A stretch of 64,000 nt of DNA from Phaeosaccion multiseriatum (Eukaryota > Protista > Ochrophyta, other classes), in NCBI GenBank assembly GCA_965112735.1, contig OZ218950.1, positions 6,820,001 through 6,884,000 on the forward strand, written 5' to 3'. The notes beneath the pieces were generated by a model, which was given only the letters and a program-made list of their open reading frames with translations, searched no databases and had not been told where the DNA came from. This document shows, in pieces, positions 50,702 through 64,000 of the stretch. Position 1 is the stretch's first letter. Every line of letters begins with the position of its first letter. The position numbers and the translations under genes are program-made.

Positions 50702-52605
50702 GAGACAGGAGGACAGAGACGCGCACCCAGCTTTCTTAAGAGCCGTTCTGTCGTGCCTGCCTCTCCAAGAGTCACTCATTTGTGTGTGTGTACTCCCCAC
50801 CACGTCCGACTCTCCCCAAGTTGTGCCCTTTCTGCAAGGTCTCTCTCCCTCTCTCTCTCCCTGTCTCTCTCTCCTTCCCTCTCTCTCTCTCGCTTCCCTA
50901 CCGTTCTTCCCCCCCCCCCCCCCTCGCCTCTTTCTTTTTCCCTTTCTCCCTGCCCCCCCCTCGCCTCCCTCCGTTCCCTCTCTTCTCTTGCTTACCATAG
51001 TCCTTGCCGCCGAGGAAGGAGAGCCCGTACTGACACACATAGGCAATCGCCGTGTACGACACGAGGGCACCCAGGTTGATACTCCAGTAAAAGCTTAGGG
51101 TAGGGGTCGCAATTGAATAAGCAGTTGGCCATTCGGAGGGTGATAGTAGCGCGCATACGGTCCACATCAGGGTAGAGTGAGGGTGAGGGTGAGGGTGAGG
51201 TTGAGGGTAAGGGATAGGGTGAGGGTGAGGGTGGGGGTCAGAGTCAGGATGAGAGTGAGAGCGAGGGTGAGGGGGGGGGTCTCGTTCAAAGTGAGGGTGA
51301 GGGTGCGGATCAACAAGGTAAGGTTCAGGGTCAAGATCACGGTCAGGGTGAGGGTGAAGGTGAGTGTGAGGGTGAAGGTGAGGGTGAGGGTGAACGTGAG
51401 GGTGAGGGTGAGGGTCCAGGTCCCAGGAAATTGTCGAGAGACTTTTTCAAAGGCTGCAAGGGAGAGGTAAGGGGGAGGAGGTGGGCGAAAGAGGACAACT
51501 GGTTGAGAGCGACTCGACTTACAGATTGAAGAAGGAAGCCTTCTGCTTCCTTTGAATGGGGTCTGTATCACTAAACTGCTCCGCCCCAAAGGTGGAGACG
51601 TTGGGTTTAATTCCTCCGGTCCCGAGTGCAATGAGATACATTGCTGAGAAGACAAGGCCTGAGAGGGTGAGGCAAAGGACGGAAGGAGGAGGGAGTGATT
51701 ATGAGCGAGCCGGCAGTCTTTCGGGCCTAGAGAGGGGTGTGCGATGATTGTGAAACCGAAACCGAAACCGACGCGGCAGTGATGCTGCTTGGTCAGCGGC
51801 ACTAGTGCAGAGCTCTGGCAAGCATGGTGTGTCCAATTCATTCTTGTGCATGTCAATATCGTAGTGAGATGAGTGTAGGAGAGAGGCCTTCCTTTCCTCC
51901 TCGCCGATACTATCTGCCACCCTCTCCATACCTTCAGAGTTGCTGTGCGGGTTGGCGGCCCCCGTGACCATGAGCAAGCCGACTAAGTAGACGAGCGAGA
52001 GGAGGAGGATGGTCTTGAATCTGCCGAGATAGCTGTCTGCCAGCCACCCTCCCAGCAGGGGGGTTAGATAACACAGGCCCGACCAAAGTTGGAACTGAAT
52101 GTCAGCCTGGGGCATGGGTACGTGGTGTTAGAGGAGAACACGGTACGTGGCAGCGTCTCAGAGAGAGAAATCACCGGAGAAAGCGACCAGTTACCTCGCT
52201 GTCAGACAGATGGAGCCTTGTCTGAAAGAAGAGAATAAGGCTGCCGGCAAATCCGTAGTACGCGACTCTGCGTAGTACGATGGCAAGCAATGGGGGAGTC
52301 AAGAGAGACTTAGAGGAAAGAGGGGGGGTCGTATTCGGATGGCTTTCGGCTTGCAGGCAGGTATGCAAATTACTTGCGCCACTTCAAGCGACTGAGGTGC
52401 AGCTCCGGAAGGCCTGCATGGGCCCTTACCTCTCCGAGAACTCGCAAACTAAAATGGTGCCGGCCTTCTTCATCATAGTCTGGGGAGGAAGATGCTCCAC
52501 CCCCCTTTGCGGCGAGGACGACGCCGCCCCATGGTCTCCAAGCAGAGGCTCCCTACCGATATTGTCACTGCTGCTCATAAGATCATCCGCCGGTGATTCC
52601 TCCAT
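47198..52605 (-). CDS. POT/PTR (SLC15/NPF) proton-dependent oligopeptide transporter, multi-exon
   Basis: CEFSER|[89 protein letters not shown] and [10 protein letters not shown]. Confidence 0.93.
51168..51416. repeat. Degenerate (GGGTGA)n hexamer satellite within an intron of the POT gene
   Basis: Directly visible, about 40 imperfect units. Confidence 0.9.
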
Positions 52606-52752
52606 ATTTACGATGCAAAAGCGTCAACAAGAAAGAAGAGAGCTGTTCGCGTGTACGCCAACTGTTAGCCGCGGACCACCAACTCTGCACGCTTCCTTCG
52701 TCAGCTCGATCGCTCGATCCGTATCTCCGTTCGAGGAAGTCCCACCCCAACC

Positions 52753-54715
52753 ATGCAGCAGCAGCAGCCGCTAAAGCTCCTCGGTGGCAGAGTGGTAGCC
52801 TCACTGCGGCGGCGGCAGCGGGGACTTTGGACATCAGCCGCGCCGACGCGATCATTCGTATCATTCGAAGGAGCTGTCCCTCCCCAGTGGAGGAGACCAC
52901 TGAGGGAAGGCGTATGGAAGGACACCCAGCTCACTGCTGCTGCTAGAAGGGGTGGTGAGAGACTAATAACAACCCAGGCAGGAGATAAGAGCCCTAGTAC
53001 TGGAGACGAAGTGGAAGGGGACGCGCAGCTCAAAGGGGGAGGACCCGTGGGCCCGGGGGAGGAATGGAAGCTCGACTGGGACGAGGCGGTGCACGACACA
53101 CTGACAAAGGACCAGGTAATAAGAGAGAAGAGTTTCTTTGCCATCTTGGCCAGCTCCTCCCCCCCCCCCTTCTTCCTGTAGTATATTGTGGAGAGACGGT
53201 CAGGCCAATACGATTGCTCACATGTGGCCGCTCTATTCTTCGCTCCCTCCGCTCGCCTGTCTCGTCTTGGGTGCGTATCGACCGTACAGATTACCAAGAT
53301 CGGGAAGCGATCGCAGGAGGAGTGGCTGCACCACATTACACTCTCCACTCGGTTCCCCGCGAGCAGCTACGCCCCGCCAGGTGAGTATAAACCCTTGCGG
53401 TACTGAAGGTACTGAAATAGAGGTCTATTTGCGATGGTTTGGGTGGGAAAGGAGTCAGATGCTGCAGGAGCCTGAGATACTGCTCTTCCTATACGTGGGT
53501 TGCCCCTTCAGCCGCCGACGGATCCGAGGACCCCACAGACCCCATCACCGTTCGCAGGAAGCGCCTCATATACCGGAGCAAACAGAGGTGCGTTAAGGAA
53601 CGTGCTCCTTTATAAACACACATGTATAGACTGGGAAGTGATTTAGGTTTAGGAGCAGTGTTAGGCTTACTCCTTACAGACCCTCAACTACGCACCATAC
53701 CATACTAAACTGAAACCTTCACGTGCTCCGTCCTGCTCCGACGTGCTGCTGTGATTCGCACACACATCCATTGTCCTGGGCGAGTTTGGTTCGCCTCCTC
53801 AGCACCCCCCCCACACATGACGCACTGACTCCCGCTGCTCCCCTCTGCTCCCCTCCCCCCCCCCCACCCCGCGTGCCCGGCTGCCCTCCCCATAGGGGTT
53901 GGTTGGAAGTTGATCTTCTCCTGGGCAGCTGGGCGCAGCAGCATGTGCACGGGCTCACTGTCGAGCAGATGGACGAGTACGAGGTACGCTCGCTCGCACA
54001 CACGAACGCACACACGCATGTCCGCCCTCGGCCCACCACCACCACCGTTACCTCACCTCTGCACCCGTATGCCCCGGCTCCTGCTCTGCCCCTGACCTGT
54101 TGGTCCTCCACCCCTGCTCTATCTGCTCTTGGATGCACCTCCTCTGTCTGCTCGACGTACCCTCGTCTGTTCCCCCCTCCTTTGCCTCCTCTTTCTGCTC
54201 TACCTGCTCCTGCCTGCCCCCTTTCCGTCTCCTGGGAGGCAGGCTATCCTGAACTGCGAGACTGTGGACATCTACAACTTCATTTGTGGAGCGCAACAAG
54301 TGCCTGACAGGTGAGTGAATCTGGTGGTCCAGTCATATGGGCCAGGAGCAGACAAGCGATGATCCAATTTCCCAGATTCAGACCCATTCTTTAAAGCATA
54401 TAGGGGGGGCGGCACGGAAGAGTGGCTGCCGAGTCCTCTGCCAGTTGAGCGCTTGTTGGAGACCAACCTGCCCTGCTCTCCGGCCCTGAAGTGAGACCCT
54501 CCTCCCCTCTCTCCCCTCTCCCCTCTCCTCTCTCCTCTCTCTCCTCTCTTTTCTTTGTCTTCTCTCTCTGGATGGGGGCCCTCCCCCCTCTCTTGCCTCT
54601 TAGGTTCAACACGTCCGTGATGAAGACTCTTCAGTCCTATGCCCTCGAATCCCCGGTGGGCGCGGCGTCCCCCAAGGCCTATGCCGCCGCCAAACGGAGA
54701 CTCAACCTCACATAA
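52753..54715 (+). CDS. SDHAF2: Succinate dehydrogenase assembly factor 2 (Sdh5/SdhE family), mitochondrial, multi-exon
   Basis: RRKRLIYRSKQR|GWLEVDLLLGSWA...QMDEYE|AILNCETVDIYNFI, with an Arg-rich amphipathic N-terminus. Confidence 0.92.
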
Positions 54716-55722
54716 CCTCACGTAACCTCACGTAGTCTCCCGTAACCTCGTAGGCTTGGTTGTTGGGCTGGTCAGTTGCCCAATTGGATGTGGAGACGGT
54801 TGGAAAGTACTGCTGTTGATACCACATTTTGACCGTCACGTCGAGGAATAATCGAATAGCATGGTGGTGTATGTGGGCCGGAGTAACGTGTTGCTGCTGC
54901 CCCACTATGCTGTGCCTCAGTAGAAGGAGGAGCCCAGCGGGGAGAGGACGATCCGAGGCTTTGTGGCTGCCTGCCATCGCTGTCGCTCAGGGAGAGGGGA
55001 TGACGGCGATGATGACGGTGAAGAGAAGCAGAAGGAGTGGGTGGTGCTGGAGGAGAGCATGGTAGCGGCGAGGGAGAAGAAGAGGCGCGGACGGAAGGCG
55101 CTGCGAGCGTGGGAGCATGTGGAGAGTCCTGCTGCTGATTCTTCAGGACTTGAGCCTTAGTGACTGGATCGTGACCGGAGAACTTCCCGCCTACCGTCCT
55201 CCCTACCTCCCTCCCTTTCCCCCTTGGTCCCTCTGGGGGAAGCTTATGAGTATGGCAACAAGCAAATTGCACCACCACCACCAAGCCAGGTATATAATAT
55301 GTTCAATTAATTTAATTTTATAATTCAAACACTCGATATGGTATCGCAGCGGGGGCCCGAACAGTCATGTCGACGACTTGGGCGGTGTATGCACGTGGCG
55401 GTGTATGCACATGCCGTGGGGTTTGCAGGGGGGCAGTGGGGTGAGATGACTGTGATATATTACAGTGTTAAGTGCCATCTGTACTGAGGTACCGGATCAA
55501 TCACAGGACTCAGGCGGGGAGTCAACTCTATGCCCATATGCCCATGGCTAGATCGGCTGAGAGCGACGTTTCCGTCAAGGGGCGGTGGTCAGCGAGACAC
55601 TCCTCGAACGTGTACTCAGTGTACAGCTGGCGAAGTGCCCGTTTCCCTGAGGTCGAGCCATCGCCATAGCTAGAGCTCTCAGAGCTACAAAGCAAGTCCG
55701 CCTAGATGCTGCAGGCACTCAC

Positions 55723-58476
55723 TCACTGAAGCGCCCTGCGGTCTGCCCCGTCGTTCTTCTTGTTGCTGTTCCTAGCAGTAAGAGCAGCAGCCTGAGCAGG
55801 CGTAATCCACTTGCGCAGCGGGCGGCTCGCAGGACGCTGCTGCCTCGCCCTTGCGGGCGCTGATGAGGCAGTTGGTGATACAGCGTCCACCTTCCGTGGA
55901 GCTCTCATGAATGCCCCTCCTCCCCTGCCTCCGCGACCTCTCCCAGCTCTCCCCTTCTCCTCCTCCCCGACCTCCGACCACCGCCGCCCGTGCTGCTCCC
56001 GGCCCCTGCTCTGTCTGTGTCCCGCCCCAGCCGCCCCCTTGGTGGGGGGAGCGTTCCCCGGCCGCGGATCGGTCGCGAATCTCTTTGCCCACCCAAATGT
56101 GCCCGCAAAGCGCCCTCTCGCCCGACCTTGCCGCTGCCCCTGCCGCTGCCCCTGCTGCTGCCGCCGCTGCTGCGTCCGAGGCGAATACCATGCGTTGAGC
56201 GAGGTCTCCTCCTCCTCCTCCTCCTCCTCCTCCCCCTCCCCCTCCCCCTCCTCCTCCTCGTCCTCGTCGGCTCGGAAGCCACCCCCCCCCCGGCCCTGCC
56301 GATAACCCAATGGAGCCCTTCGCGTGCCTGGAGAGCAGAAACCTGTATCTGCGGGCAGGCGAGGGTTGTAGTCAGCAGGGCCCGGGGGGGCGTCGCCTTG
56401 CACCCTCACGGTGGACTCAAACTCGCTCCCCTGGGCCCACAGCCAGCTGCCCAGGCCTCTGAACTTGGGGACGTCGGGGTGCGGTGACTGCCAGTGGTGC
56501 TTGCGTGGGCCTTCACGTACTGCTGCTGCTGCTGTGTCATCAACTGCTGTTGTTACATGCGCTGCTGCCGCTCCCTCTGCCTGTTCCGCCACCAACGTAT
56601 CGCCCTCCGACTCTTCGTCCTTCCCTTTCCTCGCCTCTTTTCTCCTCTTTTCCTGGGCCACTTTGTTTTCCTTCTTGTCCTTTCGCCCCACACCCACCGC
56701 AGCTGGTGCCTCTATTGCTCCTTTCCCCCTCTCGCTTGAAGCACCCCTGCCCTTTCCTCCTCCTCCTCCCGTCCTCTCGCTCGAAGCCGCCCCGCCCTCT
56801 GAAGGATGGCACTCAATGGCTGGACTCACAACACGTCCTCTCGCCTCAGACGTCGTCGCCATTCGTGGGTTGTCACCGAAGGAGCTGGAGCACGGATGGG
56901 CAGACTGTCTGCAGAAGCGTTGAACCTGAGCCCGGACAGTCAGCTCAAACAGAAACCTTTGTCTCCCCGCCTCTCCGGCCCCGGCCCTCTCCTCTTCCTG
57001 CTGCGGCTGCTGCGGCTGCGGCTGCGGCTGCTGCGGCTGCTGCTGCGTGCCTGGGCTGCCCTGTCTCCCCTTGCTGGTCTCTCTCCTCTCCTCTTGCACC
57101 ACCCGCTGCTGCTTCTCCCCCTCCCCCTCCCCCTTCCCCTTCCCCTCTCCCTCTCCCTTCCCCTCCACAGTCACCCCAGCACACAACTTCGCCCCACCAG
57201 TGCGAAACCAAGAGGCCCCGGGGGGCGGCGCTGGGATGTCACCATCGTACGCCCCTGGCCCAGGACTCAGACGGGCTTCGAGAGGTGGCTCGTAAGGAGC
57301 TGGTTCGTGGAAGAGACGACCGGAGAGGGGCGGCGGTCGAGTCGTGCTCCTCGGGACGGTTTCACCGGCCTTGATGTACTTGCCCGGCCCAACGCGGGGG
57401 TGCGTGGCGCTGTAGGGCCTGGGTGAGAAGCGAGGGGATGTGCTTATCAGGGCGCTCACCCCTCCTGCTTTCTTCGTTCTGAGGTGCAGTGGTGAGAGAC
57501 AGAGGGAGAGAGGCACGGGGGGAAGGGGGGGGGGGGGAAGGAAGAGAGGGGGGGGGGGAGAGACGGAGGTAGAGATAACAGACAAAGCGAGCGAGGGAGA
57601 AAATGTGGTGAGGAAGACTCGGAAGAAGGCGTATTGTTTATAGCGGTCGGTACCGTCCCCCTCGGTCAGCTTCACAATTCTTGTGCCAGCTCAGCTCATA
57701 TCCACATATCCACACGTGCACGGCATTCATAGACTTACGAATAGGCGGAAATGGGCAGCTGCGGCTTGTAACTCTGTGGGCTCGGCCGCTCTTCTTCCTC
57801 ATTCCAGTCGCCCTCGTCCTCCTCCTCCTCGCCCCTCACCCCCTCTCCGACGCCGCCCCTGAAGGAAAAGCTCGGAGCGGATTTTTCGAGGGCGGAGCTC
57901 GTTGGGTAGCTCCCGGGGCCTATCCCCTCCCCACCGCCCCCCAGGTAAGCTGGCCCTGCCTGGTCAGCCCCCACCCTCTTCCGAAGACTCGCTCTGTCTA
58001 TTTCCCCTTCGAAGCCGTGTTTCATCATCACTGCGGAGCAAGGCGCGCGACGAGACCGCGGCATGAAGTCTGCTGGTGATGGGCCCCTCCCTCCTCCTCC
58101 TTCTCCTACTCTTCCTCTTTGTCCTCCTCCCCTTCCCCCCGGTCTACACCGCTTTCGAGGCGCGTTCTTTACTCGTCCCGGCCGACGCACGAAGCAAGCA
58201 AGGGCCGGGGTGGGAACAGCGCGCCATAGCTCCGGCTCCCCCGCCCCTGCTCTCCCACTCTCTCCCCATCTCCTGGTGTGGTACGTGCCAGGCCCGCACG
58301 CATCTGAAGGGAAGGGATGTGCCAAAGGCAAGGAGTCCAACAAGTAAAGCCACGGCGTGAGTCGTATGTTTGCGCCGCCCGCCCTCTCCATTTTCAGCAT
58401 CCTTACACCAACCTGAAGGAGGTTTAACGGCAAACCAAGCCGGGGCGTTTCCCATCTCTACGCTCAGCTGCGCCAT
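55723..58476 (-). CDS. SHIPPO-1/ODF3-like (sperm-tail PG-rich repeat) axonemal protein; start codon uncertain
   Basis: Repeated GPGTY, GPSPADF, GPGSY, PSPQSY, VGPGKY, PGPGAY and PGPADY motifs, each followed by SF-type spacers. Confidence 0.7.
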
Positions 58477-58866
58477 ACTCGCTCGAATTGCTAATGGATG
58501 CCCCCTCAACTATATCCTCCTCTCTTCTTTGCAGTGAGCAGCAGTTGATCTCCTGCACCACTCTCAGTCTGCTCCTCCTTCACCACTTTGATTCAATTAC
58601 TCCTTCCTCCTCGCTACCCTATGTTTCCCATTCAATTTCGCGCCAATAGAAATCTCAGCGAGAGGGGAGGGAGGGTAAGCCAATGAAACCCAGCCCGTAG
58701 GACCCCAAATGCGTAACTGTTGCCTCAGCGATCCACAAGGGACTGCTTTCCAAGCCATGGGCCTCACGGATCGATCCCCATAACAAGTGTATACCTCCAT
58801 CATATCTAAGAGGAGCGGCGGCAGTACGAGGAGCAGGAGAGAGAGAGAGAGAAGTGGAGAGAAAAT

Positions 58867-61800
58867 ATGGATTCTTCCAGCCCCAATGCGGAAGGCGAGG
58901 AATGGACACTGGACGTTGTTCTCGGCGTACTGGAGAGCCCTGCATGGGATCTCGCTGTCATGGGCTTCATCGATGAGAACTGCTGCATCTTCGACAACGG
59001 CGAGGAGAACAAATTCAGCTACACGGACTGCCACAGAGACTTTAAGGAATTGGTAAGCAAGGGCGTGGACTGTGACCAAAGTAGGATCCTCCTAGTGATG
59101 CTGGCCGCTGCAGTAGCTAGGTAGATATGTGGCTGGCGCAGCGTATCTTCACGTACGGGAGGCTTTGTGTCGCCCCACCCAGCCACAGGCCACACACACT
59201 CTTTGCGCTCCCAGCAAGCAGAATGCCAGCCACAGTTGTCCTGACTTCCCTCGTCACCTCGCTCCTTTTGCTCCTCGCTCCTCCTCCTCTTTCCTCTCCT
59301 GTCTCCCTCCCCCCCAAGGTGGAGACGCTCATCTCGTCGAGCTTGGCGGAGGTGGGAGCCTCGTCTGACTCGCTCGTGGAGGCCATGACTCGCAGCCACG
59401 GCTCGCAGAGGGGCGTCGACTCCGCTGTCAACACCGCCGTGCTCGAGCAGATCGTCGCTCTCGACGACTTCCTCACATTTAAGAAGCTCATGGTGAGTGA
59501 GGACGGTACTCGGGGGGGGATGGAGCACACCTCTTCCTCCTCCTCCTCCTCCTCCTCCTCCTCCTCCTCCTCCTCCTCCTCTCTGCTCACTCTCCTATGC
59601 AGCCTCTCACCCTCCTACCTCTCTCCCATCTCCCTCCCCCTTCCATCCCCTCCCCTCGCCCTGTCCCCTCGTCTTCCTCCTGCCTCTCTCACTTCCCCCT
59701 CTCCTTCCATGGCCTCTCCCCTTCCCCTCATATCTCCCCCTCTCCCTCCCCCCTCCCTCTCTCCACACCCTCCCCTCGCTCCTCTCTTATCTCTCCCTCC
59801 CCCTCCCCCTCCCTCCTCCGTCCTCCCTCGCACACATCTCAGGTGAAGCGCAACATGGAGCTTGAACTTGAAGCTGTCCGCGCTCTGCAGAGAGAGGGCA
59901 CCCCCTTCACGGCGGCGCACAGTAGCAAAGAAGCCAGGCAGGACTTCGAGATGATGCTCAAGGCAAGTGAGAGGAAGTAGGAGTGCATGCAGAGAGCAAT
60001 GGAGGTAGAGGGGAGGGGAAGGTGCATATGGAGAGAGAGGCTGATAGACAGGTAGGGGGAGGACGAGAGAGAGCAACGGAGAGGGAGAGAAGACGCATAT
60101 AGAAAGAGACATACACAGATAGACAGATAGACGGACAGAGAGAGAAAGGGAGTGAGAGAAGGAGGGAGGGAGATCCGGATATGGAGGGTCGGGCCAAATG
60201 GATAAGGGGATCGGGTCTAATCCACTGTCTTCCTTGCCTTCCCACCCGGGGCCCGGCCACATCTGCTCACTCACAATACACAGATGGCAGACGACGAGCG
60301 TATAGAAGGCGAAGAAGAGAGAGGCACCCCCCTCGGGACAGACGAAGACTCAGAAGAAGGAGAGAGCAAAGAGGGCAGGCTCGAGGGAGCAGAGCTGGAT
60401 CAACAGCTCAGGGCGGTGAGTGGTGTAGCGAGGTCGAAATCGATACAGTCGATAGTAACCGAGGCCAACAAACTGAAACTGACGCTGCATCTGAACCCTT
60501 CCCCATACATCCCTCCTCCTCCTCCTCCATTCACTGCCATCCTCAGGCCATGGACGCGAACCTTATGGAGATGGAACTGATGCACAGACAGGAGGAGATG
60601 GAGCAGCTCGAGCTGGAGCAGGCCCTCGCCCTCTCACTGGCCGTCGAGGTAAGTTTAAGGAGTCAGTCAGCCAGTCAGTCTGTTGGTCGGTCAGTCCGTA
60701 CCTGGTGTCGGTCAATCAAGTCAGTTGGTCGCTCAGTCAGTACCGGGTGTCAGTCAGTCAGTCAGTCAGTCAGTCAGTCAGTCAGTCAGTCAGTCAGTCA
60801 GTAGGTAAGTGTCAGTCGACCCCCGCGCTCGACTTACTTAAAGCCGTTCTCCTCGCGTCCCTCTCCCCCCCCTTTGGGCTTTGTCTGTGCGTGTAGGAGG
60901 AGCGTCTGGCCAACGCTTCGAAAGAGTCAGGCCAGCCGCCCTCCGGGGGACGCAGCAGCAGCAATAGGAACGACAGCAGCAGCAGTAGTAGTAGTAGCAG
61001 CAGCAGCAGCTTAGAAGCGGCCGCTGCTCTGAGGGAGAGTCTGGATGAGGCCAAGCAGAGAGAGAGAGACGCAAGGGCCGAGCTAGCGGAGCTGGCGGAC
61101 GCTGCCGACGCTGGGGAAAGTAAGGTGAGCAGGTGCTTACATCCGCTGTCAGGGGGGGTTTGTATGGGGCTTTCATTGCATACGATAGGGCTTTCGTTGC
61201 ATAGGGCAGGGCTTTCGTTGCACTAGGGCAGCGGCGCCACCGAGGGAGGAGGAAGGGGAGGGGGGGGAGACAGGCTGAAGGAGGCTTTTTGTCTTGCATT
61301 GGTCGTTGAGAGGACGGAATGAGGCAGTGACTACGTGGAGGCATGTTCACAATCTCTCTCACCTTGTTCTGTCCTCCGTCGTTATCTTCGTTTCCCTCTC
61401 TCTCTATCTTTGCTGTCTTAAGGGAGGTGGTTCCGGGGCGGAGGAGCGGCAGGCAGCGGCAAGGCGGAAGATGCAGGAGGCAGTGCGTGCTCGACAAGAC
61501 CTGGAGGAGGAGGAGCGAGCCAGGCAACAGGGGCAGCTAGGTCCACAGCGGCGAAGCTTGGGAGGGGGCAGCGAGAGCAAGGTAAGAGGGAGGGGAGGGC
61601 GATTGCATAGGTTTCTTTAGTAGTAGGGTCAGACCAACTCTCGCTCACCCACCCACCCACTTACTCACTCCTTCACTCACCCACCCACTTACTCACTCCT
61701 TCACTCACCCACCCACTTACTCACTCCTTCACTCACCCACCCACTTACTCACTCCTTCACTCACCCACCCACTTACTCATTCCTTCACTCACCCACCCAC

Positions 61801-62046
61801 TTACTCACTCACTTCACTCACCCACCCACTTACTCACTCCTTCACTCACCCACCCACTTACTCATTCCTTCACTCACCCACCCACTTTCTTACTCACTTT
61901 ACTCACCCACCCACTTACTCACTCTGTCACTCCCCCACTCACATACTTACTCATTCTCTGCTCCGGTCCTGCCCGCCACTGGCAGGAGGAGGGACGCGTC
62001 GGTGGGGAGGAGGCGAAGGGCCTGAGACCACTTCAGGTACGGTGTT

Positions 62047-62121
<75 letters not shown>

Positions 62122-62305
62122 ATATGTGTGTGTGCGTATCTACGTGTGAGCGTGAGAGCCCTCGTGCCTCGAACTCAAAAGAGAGCTTTACTTGCTCGTG
62201 GTCTACTTCGTGTTTGCGCCTCGCTCGTCGTCTCTTGCTTACCTTACATTGCCTGCGTGAAACTCTTACTTATACGAAAGGTTACGTATTCTACTTGCCT
62301 TGCCA

Positions 62306-62342
<37 letters not shown>

Positions 62343-62454
62343 TGGCAGGGTCGATTGGGTAGTGCCTCGGGGGCGCTGCTGCCCAAACTGGAGCACTTGC
62401 AGATTCAGATGGACGACCGACGGGACCACGCACAAGCAGCCTTCAAGAAGCATC

Positions 62455-62494
<40 letters not shown>

Positions 62495-62495
62495 G

Positions 62496-62535
<40 letters not shown>

Positions 62536-63576
62536 TGTATGTGTATGTGTGTGTGTGGGTGGGTGTGCGTGTGCGTGTGCGTGTGTGTATCTGGCTGTGT
62601 GGCTGTGTTTGTCCGCGTGTGTGCGCGTGCGTGTATGTGCGTGTATGTATGTATGTATGTATGTATGTATGTATGTATGTATGTATGTATGTATGTATGT
62701 ATGTATGTATGTATGTACGTATGTATATTCGTTTGTCTGTGTGTATAAGCTACGGAGAGACTGACTGACCTACGGGAGGCAGGGGACTGTTTAAGACTTA
62801 CTCTTATATTATTTTGCTAAGGCCCACCTTGTATCGCCATATGTGTTGACTGTGAACCTCTCTCAACAAGGCCCATTAACCACGCTTTCACTGCCATACT
62901 TTGCACCCCTCCCACACCTCCACCACTCGCCCCTCCCCTCCCCCTCCCTCCCTCCCTACCTCAACAAACAGGCTCTCCTGGCCGAACAGCGGCAAGCGCA
63001 AACTCTCTTTCGAGCCGAGGCCGAGGTTTCCGCGTCCGACGTGGAGCAGCGCACCGAACACCTTAAGGCAATGAGAGACAAGATCGTGGCGGGCAAGAGG
63101 AGGGAGAGGGAGAGGGCCAGCGAGAAGGCCGACAAGCGCAAGCCTATCAGCTTGAAGGGAGGCAGCGGCGGCACCAAGGGTGAGAAGGGGGAGGGCAGCC
63201 GCTACTTTTTCATCAGGGGAGGGAGGGGGGGGTGTTGGCGTGGTAGGGTCTAGGGAAAATGTGAACCCGAAAACACACACCGGCGTGCTTCCGTCCTTGC
63301 CTCCTTTCCTCTCCCCCCTCCCTCCCCACCGCCCCTTCTGTTGAACTTAACATCACCCTTGCCACTGCGTGTGTATATGTCCCCTTCATCGGACCGTGTG
63401 CCATGTCCCACAGGCGGGGGAGAGGCCAAGTGTAACGGCAACCCGCCGTCGGAGAGCAAGGATGCGGCAGAGGAGCAGCGCTACGCCATGCGAGTGGCCC
63501 TTGCCCGGAGGATGAAGCAGGACCTTCTCGACAGCGAGGATAGGAAGGGCAGTGGGGTACGTGTCTCTGTGTGCGC

Positions 63577-63654
<78 letters not shown>

Positions 63655-64000
63655 GCGTGTGTGTTGTAGGCGTGTGTGTATGTGTGTGCAGCATGTGTGT
63701 GTGTTGTGCGTGCGTGCGTGCGTGCGTAAGTCGGACCGACTTGCTCCCGCCCTCACTCCCTCACTCACTCACTCACTCACTCACTCGCTCACTCTCACTC
63801 TCACTCCCTCACCCAGTCATTCACTCTCTCACTCCCTCCCTCACCTACTCCCCCACCCCCCAGGCGCACGAGAGCCAGCTGGCAGATCTCGACCGCAAGC
63901 TCATGCTTGTCGAGCAGACACGCGAGGAGAATCGCCTCAAGGAGATGGAGCTCACTGAGGACATCCGACGGCGGCAAGCCACGAGAGCCAAGAACATCTC
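58867..64000 (+). CDS. CFAP36: Cilia- and flagella-associated protein 36 (BART domain), multi-exon, running off the window end
   Basis: [41 protein letters not shown]|VETL...[17 protein letters not shown]|[11 protein letters not shown], then a UIM-like [10 protein letters not shown] and a coiled-coil tail. Confidence 0.9.
61645..61955. repeat. 28-bp intronic minisatellite (CACCCACCCACTTACTCACTCCTTCACT), about 10 copies
   Basis: Directly visible. Confidence 0.92.

Noticed and set aside
54963-55160. Coding-like fragment (GDDGDDDGEEKQKEWVVLEE...)
   Set aside because: Short and isolated, with no supported start or linked exons.
58718-58732. RFX X-box-like motif GTTGCCTCAGCGAT between the two ciliary genes
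   Set aside because: Only a half match, and RFX-based regulation is not established for this lineage.

Overview
This is eukaryotic nuclear DNA, GC-rich and gene-dense, with microsatellite-filled spliceosomal introns. The host is most likely a plastid-bearing, flagellated stramenopile (ochrophyte) alga; this is inferred from a nuclear sigma-70 factor, ciliary genes and RxL/PT-rich secreted proteins. Recognisable host genes are a plastid-type sigma-70 (5' truncated), an MFS transporter, a TEX11/ZIP4-like meiotic TPR protein, NSUN2/TRM4, a POT/PTR peptide transporter, SDHAF2, a SHIPPO/ODF3-like PG-repeat protein and CFAP36 (3' truncated), plus several unknown genes. An accessory block at about 4-27 kb holds four elements. 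(1) A decayed CRE/R2-type non-LTR retrotransposon 3' end. (2) A five-exon secreted protein with RxL sites, KxxK Lys/Ser-rich segments and 17 tandem disintegrin-like modules. (3) A 9.8 kb KDZ (Kyakuja-Dileera-Zisupton) DNA transposon with 154-155 bp inverted repeats and two convergent genes: an intron-rich KDZ transposase fused to an intact Ulp1/SENP protease, and an orphan ORF2. (4) A truncated, frameshifted CstF-77 fragment. A weaker pair of outer inverted ends (9885 and 24340) raises the possibility that the secreted repeat gene is transposon cargo. All family assignments come from motif recognition by eye; no database searches were run.
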